Below are positions 1 to 12,511 of a stretch of DNA of 64,000 nucleotides, in pieces; position 1 is the first letter of the stretch, and every line of letters begins with the position of its first letter. The notes under the pieces were generated by a model, which saw only the letters and a list, made by a program, of their open reading frames with translations, ran no database searches and was not told where the DNA came from. Origin of the DNA: the human T2T-CHM13v2.0 reference genome, Homo sapiens; NCBI RefSeq assembly GCF_009914755.1, contig NC_060938.1, one strand, 5' to 3'. Made by a program: the position numbers and the translations under genes.

Positions 1-19
1 CCTGCCGTCTTGCCGCGAG

Positions 20-38
20 TGGCCAGCAGAGGGCGCCC
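20..38 (+). promoter_or_regulatory. CTCF core motif
   Basis: TGGCCAGCAGAGGGCGCCC closely matches the CTCF consensus TGGCCAC/GCAGGGGGCGC. Confidence 0.7.
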
Positions 39-730
39 TTCCCCTCCTTGGCCTCCGCTCCTCTGCAGTTCCCAGGCCTACGGGGCTTGGTCTTTTAATG
101 GCCCCCCGGGCAGGCCCAGGCTTCGTATGGAGCCCTGGGCTCTCGGAACGGTGCCCTGGCAGCCGCAGCCTGGGCCAGCCACCCTCCAGGGGGTGGTGGC
201 CGGAGGACGTCCCTGCATGGCCAGCTTCACTGCTGCCCTTCGGTGTCCTGCCCGGCCGCCCAGGTCCAGATCCAGGCAACCTCCAGGATCACCTGCTGGT
301 TCCCGGCCATGGCTGTGCCTTGACCCTGCAGGCGTCCTTGTGCCCACCGTTGTGTTCTTGCCTGACCCGCGGTCTGGGCTTCGAGGCTCGTGCACCACCA
401 CAGCCCCCTGCTGCCATGGAGAGGCGCTCTCCCGCCCTTGGGGAGTGTGCAGAGGCCCCTTGGAGGGACTCATTCTCGAGTGCTCTGAGGGGAGCCTCAG
501 CGTGGTGGGTGCACCCGAGTGGCATGGAAGCCTCGGGGCAGGGAGAGCGTGGGAGTCCCAGGACTCCACGCCAGGGGCTAATCTTCCAGAGAGGGACTTC
601 CAGGCCAGGGTCCCACGGGTGCCTCCCCTGAGTCCTCCTCTCTGCATCCGGACCCTTTCCCCCATGCTGCAACCTCCCCCACACCTGCTTGCGAGGGGCT
701 GGCCTGCCTGAGCATGCGCCCCTCCTGCAG

Positions 731-856
731 AGGCACTACGAGCAGTACCACGGCTTTGTGGTCATCCACGGCACCGACACCATGGCCTTTGCTGCCTCGA
801 TGCTGTCCTTCATGCTGGAGAACCTGCAGAAGACTGTCATCCTCACTGGGGCCCAG
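731..856 (+). CDS. ASPG: ASPG (60 kDa lysophospholipase / L-asparaginase) coding exon, probably exon 4; catalytic HGTDT motif
   Basis: ctgcag|AGG...CAG|gtaacc; 126 nt encoding [42 protein letters not shown], the type I asparaginase signature. Confidence 0.97.
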
Positions 857-2411
857 GTAACCCCAGGGGCCCGGGGCTCCTAGGAACAGGGGCTTCCTGA
901 GGCCACAGGGCAAGTCAGCGCTGTGGGCGGCCGCTGCGGGACCCCGGGCTTCCTGCTCAGCCCAGCAGCTCCTGAGGTGGCTGCTGCAGGGCCCGTGCTG
1001 GGGCTCGCAAATGCTCAGGTCCTGCCCGGGTGCCAGCACCACCTGCCCCGCGGGAGGGGGGTCATCTCCTGCTGGTGGCCCTGGGAGCTGTGAGGCCCTG
1101 GAGCACCCAGAGCCAGGCCCACCTCGGCCCTGGGGGTGCCAGGCATCCCTTCCTCTCCTCCCGATGCTTCCTTGCGGCTGCTGCCCACCTCTCCATCTGG
1201 CGCATCAGGGTGGCCGCGCACAGAGCCGCACCAGGAGGCCCCGGCCATGTCCCTGCCTTTGTCCCTCTCTTTGCTCCGCCCACTGTGGGTCTAGGCGATG
1301 CCATCCTGGGGGCCCTGGCACACGATTTCCCTGCCTCTCTCACCCTAACCCAGCACAAATCCCATAAGCCAAGGCCAGTAGAGTGTTCTGGAAAACTGGA
1401 TTTGAGGGGATGTGGCAGGGGAGGTTGGCTAGAAGCTGACTAGGGGTCCATGTTGCCTGCGGGTGGCAGTGGGCACCTGAACCCCTTGGGATCCTTTCCC
1501 ACGGCTGAGGCTAAGGTCTTGTATGGGAAACCGGTACCTGTGTCCCTTTGAGCTTGGTGGCAGTTCCAGAAAGCTCCATGGAGGCCCTCTTAGGAGGTCT
1601 GCGGGGAGCAGTCCGGGGAGGTGGCTCAGCCACCCCACTCTGCTTGCCTGGCGCCGTCTCCCTTGTCCCTCCAGAGTCTCCCCAGGGCCCACTGCACACA
1701 CCTGTTAGCGGTGGAGCAGTGCCTCCCGCCCCAGAACTCGAGAAGGAGGGACAGGGCTCCAGCTGGTTCTCCTCTTCCCAGACCTTCCCGAGCCCTGGGG
1801 GAGCAGAACATCCCGTGGACCTCTCTAGGGGATCAAGGGCACAGTTATGAGCACCGCAGGACCCACGAACGTTCACATGCGTGTTGTCCTCACTCTGATG
1901 TTGGCCTGTGCCGGGACATCCTTATCCCTGTTATACCTGTGGGGAAACTGAGGCTTACAGGCTAGGGGCTCACCCACAGCCACGTACCACGTGAGGGCTG
2001 AGCCAGGGAGCACCCAGGACCCAGGACTGCCACCCCCTGCCAGGGCTCTCTCCCTCCAGAGCCTCTGACTGACCACTTCCCGGCCGCCTCCTCCTGAAAA
2101 CCCTGGCCTCTGCACCGCCACCTGCGCCCTCCTGGGACGCGCTGTTCAGTCAACCATAGCACAGTCGCCCATGCTAGACACAGGCAGCTGTGGGAGGAGC
2201 TGTACTGTGCCTGGCATCCCGAGGCAGTTCCTTTCTGTCACAGCCCACCCACCCCTCACCCCCACCACCCTCCTTCCAGCCCATAGTTCTGCTGGGGTAG
2301 CGAGGGAGCTGGGCAGGGCAGCTGCGGTGGGAGGCCTGTGATGCGTTCTCCAGTATGGGGACCGGCTGGCCCCTGCTGCCAGCACTGGGCTCTTGGACCT
2401 GTAGAGGGAGC

Positions 2412-2525
2412 TGGTGGGTGGGTTGAGGCCCTGGGTGCAGGCTGGCATGGTCTGCAGCCACAGCTGTTGGTGGGTGGGTTGAGGCCCTGGGTGCAGGCTG
2501 GCATCGTCTGCAGGGACAGCTGTTG
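2412..2525. repeat. Tandem duplication, 2 x 56 bp
   Basis: TGGTGGGTGGGTTGAGGCCCTGGGTGCAGGCTGGCAT... starts at 2412 and 2468. Confidence 0.9.
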
Positions 2526-2753
2526 TTGGCGGCCTTGGAGACAGGCTTACTGCCCAGCTCCTCTGAGTGCCCCGTTCCCCCAAGGCACCCATCTCCAGGC
2601 TGCCTGCTGCAGTCCAAGCCCGCCTGTCCTTCTCTTTCCCACACCCGCCTGGGGCTCCTGGGCTGGGCCTGGGGGTTTACCTGGAGAGATGAGCCAGACA
2701 TCCCAGGCTTCTGGGCTTCCCAGGCCTCAGCTACTCCGTGGCCTCTCCCCCAG

Positions 2754-2837
2754 GTGCCCATCCATGCCCTGTGGAGCGACGGCCGTGAGAACCTTCTGGG
2801 GGCACTGCTCATGGCTGGCCAGTATGTGATCCCAGAG
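2754..2837 (+). CDS. ASPG: ASPG coding exon (probably 5)
   Basis: ccccag|GTG...GAG|gtacct; 84 nt, [28 protein letters not shown], in frame with neighbours. Confidence 0.96.
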
Positions 2838-2988
2838 GTACCTGCCTGGTGCACGTGGAGGCGGGGCAGGTGGGGTGGGGGCAGGAGCCCAGACAGCAGC
2901 CAGGAAACAAAGTCCCCCCAGCCCCTCCCCAGACGCCACTGCCAATAGCTGGGTGCACTGTCTTCTAGATCTTATGTTGTGGATATTT

Positions 2989-3586
2989 ACATTAGAGGTA
3001 CGTATGGAAGTTCTACGTTAGAGATACGTATGGAGGTTCTGCGTTAGAGATGCGTATGGAGGTTCTGCGTTAGAGATGCGTATGGAGGTTCTGCGTTAGA
3101 GATACGTATGGAGGTTCTGCGTTAGAGATGCGTATGGAGGTTTTGCGTTAGAGATGCGTATGGAGGTTTTGCGTTAGAGATGCGTATGGAGGTTCTGCGT
3201 TAGAGATGCGTATGGAGGTTCTGCGTTAGAGATGCGTATGGAGGTTCTGCGTTAGAGATGCGTATGGAGGTTCTGCGTTAGAGATGCGTATGGAGGTTCT
3301 GCGTTAGAGATGCGTATGGAGGTTCTGCGTTAGAGATGCGTATGGAGGTTTTGCGTTAGAGATGCGTATGGAGGTTCTACGTTAGAGATGCGTATGGAGG
3401 TTCTCCGTTAGAGATGCGTATGGAGGTTATACCTTAGAGATACGTATGGAGGTTCTACGTTAGAGATACGTATGGAGGTTCTGCGTTAGAGATACGTATG
3501 GAGGTTCTGCGTTAGAGATGCGTATGGAGGTTTTACGTTAGAGATACGTATGGAGGTTTTACATTAGAGATAGGTATGGAAGTTTC
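2989..3586. repeat. Minisatellite, 23 x 26 bp, in an ASPG intron
   Basis: Unit GCGTTAGAGATGCGTATGGAGGTTCT at an exact 26-nt period, no spacers, diverged terminal units. Confidence 0.97.
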
Positions 3587-4182
3587 TATAAAAACAGGTT
3601 GCAGCCAGCAGGGCTCTGAAGGGTGTCACTTTCCCTCCCCCATGTCTTTCCCTGTTTCCTGTGGCGTCCCAGGAAGGAGTGTGCAAAGATCTCCCCCACC
3701 CTGGGGCAGTGGCTTTACCCAAGGCTCTTGAGCAGCTTGACTAGAGCCCCCACACGGGCTCCTGAGCAGGGGCCTCAGGGACTCCCATTCACCGTGGGCA
3801 GGGGCCTCCAGCAGCTGTGCTCGCTGCACCTTTGGGATGAGTTCCCAGGGCTCTGTAAGAAGCAGGGTTGGGGGCAGTGGGCAGGTGGGAAGGGAAGGAA
3901 GTACGGTACCCTCCTGCCACCCAGCCACTTGCACGCCCCAGGCCCTGGGGTCCCCAGGCCCCTGCAGGCTCCGGTTAGCCCACGGGTAGGTGGCAGGGCA
4001 GGAAAGGGCCCGAGAGGGGCAGTACCTGCTCCCAGGAAGGTCTCTGCCTGCGGTGGGTGGGGTTACAGTCCCACCTCCCCCTGGGTCTGGGCACCTCATT
4101 GATGGCAGGGAGGAAGCTGGAGGGCAGATGGGTCGGGGACAGGGTGGCCGCTGCTCTGAACTCTGTCGCTCCGTTCCCGCAG

Positions 4183-4309
4183 GTCTGCCTTTTCTTCCAG
4201 AATCAGCTGTTTCGGGGCAACCGGGCAACCAAGGTAGACGCTCGGAGGTTCGCAGCTTTCTGCTCCCCGAACCTGCTGCCTCTGGCCACAGTGGGTGCTG
4301 ACATCACAA
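4183..4309 (+). CDS. ASPG: ASPG coding exon (probably 6); contains the catalytic Lys of RGNRATK
   Basis: ccgcag|GTC...ACAA|gtaagc; 127 nt, [42 protein letters not shown]. Confidence 0.96.
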
Positions 4310-5857
4310 GTAAGCCCCGCAGGAGCAGGGCCAGGTGCCTGCCCAGTGCTGGTGCTGGGCGAGGGGCTGCTGCAGGGAGCTCGTGGCTGGGACTCGGCAG
4401 AGTTTGAGAGCACCATGCTTGGTTCTGACTTGCCCTGGCTTGGTTCTGCCCTGGGCTGTGGAGAAGCCAGGGCTGCGTGGACAGGGCTGCTGCGTGGCCA
4501 CAGAGGTGGGGGCCTCCTCAGGTCCCTGCAGGCTCAGAGGCGGGAGGCCTGGAAGAGAGGTTTGGGGCATCTGGCCCTCATGTGTCCTGCCCAACCACTC
4601 GCCCCAGGCCTAGGAGGTCCCCAGTGACCACCTGGCTCTGCCACACCTCTGTGTGCCGTAGCCTCGTCCCCAGGAGTTTCAGGGAGTCTTTCTGTCCTCT
4701 GGTTCCGGCGGGCAGCCCAGCCATCCTTGTGGGGCTGACTCGAGCGATCCTGTGTCCTGAGGCTTCCCCCTTGGGGGGCCAAGCCCGCCCCCTGGCCCTG
4801 GCTGTAGGAGCAGCCTTGGAGCTTGTTCTCAGAGACTGGTGCCCTGCCAGGCCTCACCTGAGACGCAGGGCCACTCCAGTGGCCTGCCCGGAAGTCACTC
4901 CCTGGCCTACCGTCTCTCCGTCTGGGGTGTGCTCCTGCTGAGGGAGCCCCTGCTTCCTGGACTCTACCCGGCCCCTGCCTGTTCCAGGTCCACGGCCAGC
5001 ATGGCCAGTCCTGACCCCACGCCAGCACCCCTCCCTGAGGCAGCGGGAGCATCCCCTCCCTCCTGGGAGATGCATCCTGCCTGCCCTGGCCCCCTGCTGT
5101 TTCAAGGCAGCTCCAAACCTGCCCTGTGTCTCATCCTGACTGACTGAGGTGGGGTCCAGCCCCGGGGAGGCTCCAGGGCTTGGCAGCACTGGCCTTCCTT
5201 TGGGGGCATTTGACACCTCACCCGGGGCTGGGTGGGGCTGCCTGCCCAGGACCAAAGCAGCTGTTCCTGTCTGGGCGGGTGGGGTGGAGGCGCCCCCTCA
5301 CCCACACTGGGCTTCTGTCCAGGCCTGGGCCATGGCGGGCTGGTGGGTCAAGCCCACAAGGTCACTGGACGCCTGGGGAGGCCCTTCCTAGGGAATCTCC
5401 CGGTGCGGCAGAGGCTCCCCACTCCCCCATTTTAAGGAGGAGCAGACCCTCCTGGAGAAAGGGTTGGGCTATGGGCTGCTGGGGCACAGCTTCCTGGAAG
5501 AATCCCCAGACACAGGCAAGGACCCTGGGGAGCTTCAGGGCCTGGCATGAGGGGGCCCTGGGAAGGGTCTGGCAGGGCAGGGGCCTTCCTGGAGCATCTA
5601 CCAGAAGTCGGGGGACAGGAGGGGCTCTGGGCATGTCTGGCTGTGGGGCCGTCAGCAGAAGCGGGTGGAGGCAGCGTCTTTGGATCTCAAGACAAGGCCT
5701 GTGTGTGGGAGTCCGGGCTCGGTGGCTGACTTGCTTGTTGCCCCAGGGCCCCTCAGCAGGACGGGACAGAGGAAACTGCCTGGTTCTACAGGTGAGAAAC
5801 GGAGGCAGAGAGAGGCAGGCTCCCACAGGGAGGCACCGACTCAAGCCTGTGCGCTGT

Positions 5858-5947
5858 CTCCTGTCCTGGGCTCACACCCCGTCCCTTCTTCCTGCTGTTC
5901 CCTCCTGTCCTGGGCTCACACCCTGTCCCTTCTTCCTGCTGCTCCCT
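5858..5947. repeat. Tandem duplication, 2 x 44 bp
   Basis: CTCCTGTCCTGGGCTCACACCC[C/T]GTCCCTTCTTCCTGCTG starts at 5858 and 5902. Confidence 0.9.
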
Positions 5948-8892
5948 GGAGCACCTTCTAGGGAGTGTGAGGCCCAGAACACATCAGTGTGTCTACTGTG
6001 TGTGCAGCACACCGGGTCTCAGGGGCTTGGGCAGGGGCCCACTTGCTCACCGAGGGCCAGGGCAGCCCTCAAGGCTTCTTGGAGGAGGTGGCTTGTGAGC
6101 TGGTGCTGGTAGGGTACTGGCTTGCTTGCCCATGCTGGATGCTGGCACTCGGCCCCTCCAGCCCAGGGAGAAGGAGCAGCAAGAGGTGTGGGTGGTGCCC
6201 TGCAGGCCCGGCTCCCCCATGGGGCCTGATTCACACCTTATCTGGGGCTCAGGAGTGGAGCTTCTGCTGGTGGGTGGACCCCGCCCCAACAGTGCACAGA
6301 GGACCGTGCTCTGGATTCCAGGGACTCCGCCAGCACCGGGTGCTAAGCCCGGGCAGGCCACGAGGCTCAAGACACACCGGCCTCAGGCCCAGGGCCGTGG
6401 GGCAGCTCCTGGGCGCAGCACTAAGGCTGGTCTGGGTGGGAGGCTGCCCTGGCCCCAGCCCCCCACCCCTGAGTGTTTCCCACGTGCGTGTGGGTGTGGG
6501 AACCTGATGCCGGGCTGTCGGGCCGGTTCTGGCACCCAGTGTTGAGAAACCTCAGGCCTTGCCCAGGGTGTGGCTGCTGGGGCCCCTGGGGAGGGGCACA
6601 GGTTGGCAGTGTGCACCCTCAGCCTCTCTGAGCCACCTGGGGGTAGCAATGCCGGCCTGGGCCCGGGTGCCAGCTGCCAGCACCCTGTCGAGGGCTTGTC
6701 CTGGGCTTTTTACCTACTGTCTGGGAAGTGAGGGGCTGGGCTGGTCCGGGAGTCATGGGCGGGCTTGGTGCTCCTGTCCACAGTCGGCTCGGCGCCAAGG
6801 GGTGGGGGGATGCGTGGGAGGCTGGAGGAGGCCCTGCTGGCCCTGTCCTTTCCATGTGTCTCAGGAGACCACACTGTCACCCCCAGGCAAATCCTGCACC
6901 CTTACCCTTCTGTGCTGAACCCTGGCCCCGGCCCACTCTGCTGGGGCCCTTGGAGCAGAGGAGGGTGGAGAAGGGGATATGGCTGTGGGGTCAGGCCAGG
7001 CCTGTCACTCACCAGCCATGGGTCCTTACGCTGGGTCACCCCAAAGCAGAGCCCCAGAGCCCTCCTCTGTGCACTGGGAGAAGCCACCTCCCTCCCAGAC
7101 GTGACCCAGCCACCCCAGCTGTGCCGCATCCAGCTTTGAGGCCGCAGACTACACCCTTCGGCTCCTGTGCTGAGCTCCCGTATCTGTAGAACAGGGCCAT
7201 AGCCCCTCTTGGGGGTAAGGGGCTGAGCCTGCAGGCCTCACCTGGCCATGGAGCCACCAGCGCTCCTCTCTGCCCCCGGGTGTGGGGTCACGATTCCCCT
7301 GGCCTCTAGCAGGCCTGGGCAGGAAGGACTGGGATCCCAAGGGTGGCATCCACAGACTCTCAGGAGGCGGGAGGTCAGTGCGGGGTGGGTGTGGGCCCTC
7401 TTTGTCTCTGTGTAGCCCCCTCTCAGCCATAACTCTTTGCCAGTGGCAGCGGTGCCCCCTCCTTCCCTGTGCTGATGCCTTATCTGCTTGTCCGGCTGAG
7501 ACACACGCCCTCAGTTAAAGGGCATCTCACGCTGCCATCATGTGGGGCTGACTGATGCTGTGGGCTCTGGTGGGGGTGGAAGACTCACTGCTGGGGGCTC
7601 CGCTCCCCCCTCTCTCATCCCCAGCACCCCACATCTCCCCCCTTCAGCTCCACCATGCCAGGAAAGTCCTTTTTATCGCATGCAAGCTGCTCTAGCGGAA
7701 GCGGCCGGAGACATGTGGGTGACATCTCCCTGTGGGCAGGAGGAAGAGCCCTGTGCGGGGGTCCTCCTGCCCAGGTTCCTGTCCCAGCACCGTGCCGGGC
7801 TCTCCAGGCGCCCAGGCCCTTCCCCACCCCTGGGCCTCGGTTTTCCTGGGCTGGGCTCTCCAGCCTCCAGGGTGTTTACTGCCCTGGGCAGCTCTGACAC
7901 CTCACAGTGTGGTGGGAGTCCCCAGTGTCCAGCCCTGCTCTGCTGGAGGCTGCCATGAGTGTGGAGAGGGGCAGAGGGAATGGACCTCAGCCTTGGCGCT
8001 GGCCTCTGAGGGTTTGGGGGCCGGGCCTGTGGCATCAGCCTCCCACCCCCACCCACATGGAGCGGGAAAGTCGGCAGAACCCTGGGGGCTCAATTGCTGC
8101 CAGAGTGGCGGCCTTCAGCTCGAGGACAAGCATGTCCTCTGGGGAGCCCCTCTGCATGGACGGGTTCAAGGGGCACTGACCCCAAATAGCCATCCCTCCC
8201 CACTTCACCTGGGGCCTGCACCTCCACCATCACCCACCCTGGGTGTGGGGAGGGGGTGATGGGCACACATTAGGATTTTGGGGTGAACTGGATGGAGGCC
8301 TTCTCTCCCCAGAGGTGAGGGGTCCGAAAGTCCATTTGTTCGCTCATTCAACCACTGACCCGGTGGGCAGTGGGCACAGTGGGTGCCTGGCAAGGGGCAG
8401 AGGAGGCTGGCTGGTTCGACGATGCTGCCCCATGCCTGTAACCCAGCGCAGTGACTGCTGGTGGCTCCCCAGCTGGGCATGCCTGCCCTCCTCGCCTCTG
8501 CGCTCGCCTGACGCCCCCATGCGGCCTGCAAGACACAGCCGGGCCTCCATCTCTGCAGGACCCTCCTGCCCCTCGCCTGGCCAGCGGAGTTTCCCTGGGC
8601 TTCACCCTTGAGACTGTGTTGCCCATTGCTCGGCCATCGGTCTCTCGCTGGCCAACGAGTGCCTCCTCCCACAGCCCCGTGCACGCTGCGGAGCCTGGCA
8701 CAGGCCGGACTGCGCGGAAGCCCGGGAGGATTTGCCTGCGGGAGAGGAGGCAGGGCGAGGGGGCTGAGCCGCGAAGGCTCAGGGCTCTGAAAACAAGGGA
8801 GGAGGCGGCCTGTGCAGAGGGCCAGGCACTGGGCTGGGGTCTCGGCTGGCAGGAGGCCTGAAGGCACCACACAGGCCCTTCCCTGTCCTCAG

Positions 8893-9005
8893 TCAACAGG
8901 GAGCTGGTGCGGAAGGTGGACGGGAAGGCTGGGCTGGTGGTGCACAGCAGCATGGAGCAGGACGTGGGCCTGCTGCGCCTCTACCCTGGGATCCCTGCCG
9001 CCCTG
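8893..9005 (+). CDS. ASPG: ASPG coding exon (probably 7)
   Basis: cctcag|TC...CTG|gtaggg; 113 nt, completes the split ATC codon, then [37 protein letters not shown]. Confidence 0.95.
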
Positions 9006-9633
9006 GTAGGGACCGCCCCGGCCATCCTGCCCCTGCAGCCCTGAGCCCCAGCCCTCTGCAGCTCCCACGGCCCTCAGGCTCCCTGGGGCCCTCACCAGCC
9101 AGTGCAGACCCCGCGTGGACCTGAGATGTCTGCAGTGTGGCCCCACCAGCCCCAGGCCCTGTCCCCTGTCCTCCGTCGTGGTGCTTTCCAGCCTCTCGGG
9201 GAGTGGGCAGGGTTGGGGCGCGGCTCACAGCCAGAACGGGGTCCTCCATGCTTTTCTAGAGGCAGCGTCCTCCCGCAGATTCCAGCTGGCTGGGAGCCGC
9301 CCCTGCTGTGCTGGACAAGGGTGTTTGCTCTGGGGCCTCTGATGGCCTTCTTGGCTCCTCTCCCACCTCTCTGAAGTGTTTCCACGGCGTTCTGCCACAC
9401 AAAGCCTTCGTCCCTACAGACAGGGCGACCCTTTGGGAGAATGTGGGGGGAGCAGCCCCCTCCAGGTGCCAGCAGCCATGCACGTCTGCCAGGAGCCCCA
9501 CTGTCCCGGGAGCAGAGCAGGCACCAGCTGCCCCTGGCTTGGGGTCCCTCTCCTTGGGAGGGCATGGGGCGAGTCTCAGTGGTGCTGAGGGCAGAGACCC
9601 TCACCATCCAGCCCCCACCCCACCGCCCCACAG

Positions 9634-9816
9634 GTTCGGGCCTTCTTGCAGCCTCCCCTGAAGGGCGTGGTCATGGAGACCTTCGGTTCAGGGAACGGAC
9701 CCACCAAGCCCGACCTGCTGCAGGAGCTGCGGGTGGCCACCGAGCGCGGCCTGGTCATCGTCAACTGTACCCACTGCCTCCAGGGGGCTGTGACCACAGA
9801 CTATGCAGCTGGCATG
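9634..9816 (+). CDS. ASPG: ASPG coding exon (probably 8)
   Basis: ccacag|GTT...ATG|gtagtg; 183 nt, [23 protein letters not shown]...[19 protein letters not shown] (asparaginase C-terminal domain). Confidence 0.96.
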
Positions 9817-9951
9817 GTAGTGCCGGGAGATCAGGGCCTAGCGGGGAAGGGGACAGCCTGAGGGCCTGGCAGAGGTGGGCTCTGACCCACCCCTCACGGG
9901 CTGGGGGCCGTGGTGAGTCGCCCTTCCTGCCCACACGCCCCCTCCTCACAG

Positions 9952-10065
9952 GCCATGGCGGGAGCCGGCGTCATCTCAGGCTTCGACATGACATCGGAGG
10001 CCGCCCTGGCCAAGCTATCGTATGTGCTGGGCCAGCCAGGGCTGAGCCTGGATGTCAGGAAGGAG
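9952..10065 (+). CDS. ASPG: ASPG coding exon (probably 9)
   Basis: tcacag|GCC...GAG|gtgcgg; 114 nt, [38 protein letters not shown]. Confidence 0.96.
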
Positions 10066-10657
10066 GTGCGGGCGCTCTCGGGCTGTGGGCAACCCTCGGT
10101 GTGCACAAGCATGTCAGTTGGCTCCCAGGGGCATGTCTGGGGCGATGCCGGAAGAGCCTGGGGGCCGGTCCAGGGTGTGTCCTGTTTGGGAAGGGGAGGG
10201 ATGTGGCTCCCTATAGTGGGGAAGGGCAGCTCTGGGCCCAGGCTCCCCACAGCCCTCACTGGACTCCCAGCCCAGGCTCCGCCTGTCCTTGTGCCTTCTC
10301 AGACTGCATGGAGACCTGAGGCTCCCCTAACTGTCGCCAGGAAATCCTCTCCTGCTCTCCACTCTTCCTCGAGGGTGGGGTTCAGACACAGCTGGCCCCA
10401 GACCCTTGGGTTGCCAGCCTCTGGGGCTGGACGGAGGCTTTTGGGGCCCCTGGAGACCCTGAGCTGGTAGGGCCAGGGAGTGGGGCTGGCCTTGGGAGGG
10501 GACCCAGCCCGCTCTGGCCCGAGGGATGAAGCACACACGGCCGAGGCTCAGGCCAAGGGCAACCCCTGACTGTGCCCGGGTAGCCCGACCCTCCAGGCTG
10601 TCCTGGGCTGCCCATCCAGCCCTGGCAGAGCCACTTCACCTCTGTTCTCTCCACCAG

Positions 10658-10780
10658 CTGCTGACCAAGGACCTTCGGGGGGAGATGACGCCACCCTCGG
10701 TGGAAGAGCGCCGGCCCTCACTGCAGGGCAACACGCTGGGCGGTGGGGTCTCCTGGCTCCTCAGTCTGAGCGGCAGCCAG
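10658..10780 (+). CDS. ASPG: ASPG coding exon (probably 10)
   Basis: caccag|CTG...CAG|gtaatg; 123 nt, LLTKDLRGEMTPPSVEERRPSLQGNTLGGGVSWLLSLSGSQ (LRGE motif ends the asparaginase domain). Confidence 0.95.
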
Positions 10781-11566
10781 GTAATGGCGTGGGACACGGG
10801 CCTGAGTGGCAGCTGGGGGCTGTGCACCCTCTTGGTCACCCTGGGATGCACCAGGCAGGCACGAGCCCCTGTAGCCATCACTCGAGCCCAAACAGTTAGG
10901 CACACCCGGGTTCTGGGGCCCAGGAGGAGGGTTTGGGGTCTGCAGCAAGGAAGGTTTGCAGGGTCTATAAGGCAGGAGGCAGGAAGGGCCAGGCGGTGGG
11001 CACACAGCAGGGAGGCCTTCTGACTGGCGGCGCTGCCTTAGTGCGGGGCTGCCTCGGGAGCTGCCTGTCCAGAAGAAGGGCGGGTGAGTGGGGGCGGTGC
11101 TTGCTCTGGGCTCTCCCAGGCTCTGAGCACCAGGGGTTCCAGGTGAGGAACCCGGAGGTGAGGGCCAGCCTTTGAGCACGTCCCCTGCACAACTGAGGTG
11201 CCCAGACCTAGGAAGGGGGGCTTTCGAGGCCTGGGGTCTGCAGGGGGATGGGGCCTCCCTGGACCCCGCAACATGCCCCCTTGGCTGCTGGGCCAAACAT
11301 CCAGGCCTGACATGGGGCCTGGCAGGCCAGACAGCCTTGCTCCCCACTGTGTGGGGTCCTGCCCCGGCCTCAGTGCCTCGGTTTCCCCCTACAGGGATGG
11401 ACCTGTCTTGTGAGCCATGTGCTGGAACTGCCACTTGCTGGGGCGGGTGATGGGCAGATGGAAAGGACTGGCGTGCATGGCCTGTTATTAGGGTGGCTGC
11501 ATAGGGCCTGAATGCTGTAGGGAGGCAGGCCAGAGGCAGCAGCCTTGTCACCAGGCCACGTTGTAC

Positions 11567-11648
11567 CCGCTGGGTGTGGTGGCACCTGTGGGGCCTCTGC
11601 CAGGACCGCTGGGTGTGGTGGCCCCTGTGGGGCCTCTGCCAGGACCGC
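11567..11648. repeat. Tandem duplication, 2 x 39 bp
   Basis: CCGCTGGGTGTGGTGGC[A/C]CCTGTGGGGCCTCTGCCAGGA occurs twice. Confidence 0.88.
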
Positions 11649-12128
11649 GGCCTTTTGGCGTCTTGGGGAGCTCCTGGTGCCCGGTGCTGGGGGCAGGTGG
11701 CTCTTCTGGGAAGGTGCAGCCGTGGGAACAGGGCCTTCCTTCCAGGGGAGGGGTCTGGCTCTGCTTCCCACGCTCTCCTTATGTGGGTGACCATTCCGTC
11801 CCGACGGCGGTGGGAGCAGACGGGGGAGTCTGGGAGGGTGGGTAGCAGGTACTGGCCACACACCCGTTGGGGACAGGGCTGGATGGTGGTCTCGTGGCCT
11901 GGCCTTAGCTCCAGGGGAAGGGGTCCTAGGTGGGCCTGGATGGGGTGGGGTGGTGAGGCTCAACCCCAGGCCTTCCGATGTGGCAGCTCAGGTTCCTTCT
12001 CACCCACGCCCTGGGATCTGCGGGCCCTTGTGTGGGGGCTGGCAGGGGTCATACAGCACCGGGGACTGCCAGTTCCACCAGATGCCAAAGGGAGGCGTGG
12101 GTCCCAGGGTGCCGCCTTCCCCACCTAG

Positions 12129-12224
12129 GAGGCAGATGCCCTGCGGAATGCCCTGGTGCCCAGCCTGGCCTGTGCTGCTGCCCACGCCGGTGACGTGGAG
12201 GCGCTGCAGGCGCTTGTGGAGCTG
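12129..12224 (+). CDS. ASPG: ASPG coding exon (probably 11), start of ankyrin region
   Basis: acctag|GAG...CTG|gtgagc; 96 nt, EADALRNALVPSLACAAAHAGDVEALQALVEL. Confidence 0.94.
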
Positions 12225-12511
12225 GTGAGCCTCCCCCACCCTGGGGGCCCAGCCCCAGCCACGCCTGGCCTGGGGGCTCTGAACCCTGTAGGCAGGACGG
12301 CCTTTCATCCACCCACTGACCACACTAAGCCCTTGTCAGCCAGACTGGGCAGCAGGACTGTCCTGCCAGCTTGTCAGGTCTCACTGAGGCTTTGAGGGTG
12401 GGCGCAGGGGCTGTGCTGGGCCCTACCCTCAGAGGGACCCCACCCTCCCCATGGCCTACCTGGCCCCGCCTGGGTCTCCCTCAGGGGTCGCATGTCCTTG
12501 TGTTACTCCAG

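Noticed and set aside
2989-3586. CRISPR-like array (26-bp repeats)
   Set aside because: Head-to-tail units with no unique spacers, no cas genes, and a eukaryotic intron context; it is a minisatellite
12052-12070. REST/RE1-like motif ACAGCACCGGGGACTGCC
   Set aside because: Mismatches in both half-sites and no supporting context; could occur by chance
12126-12131. NAGNAG acceptor (TAG GAG) at an ASPG exon
   Set aside because: GAG is rarely used as the distal acceptor; no evidence from sequence alone
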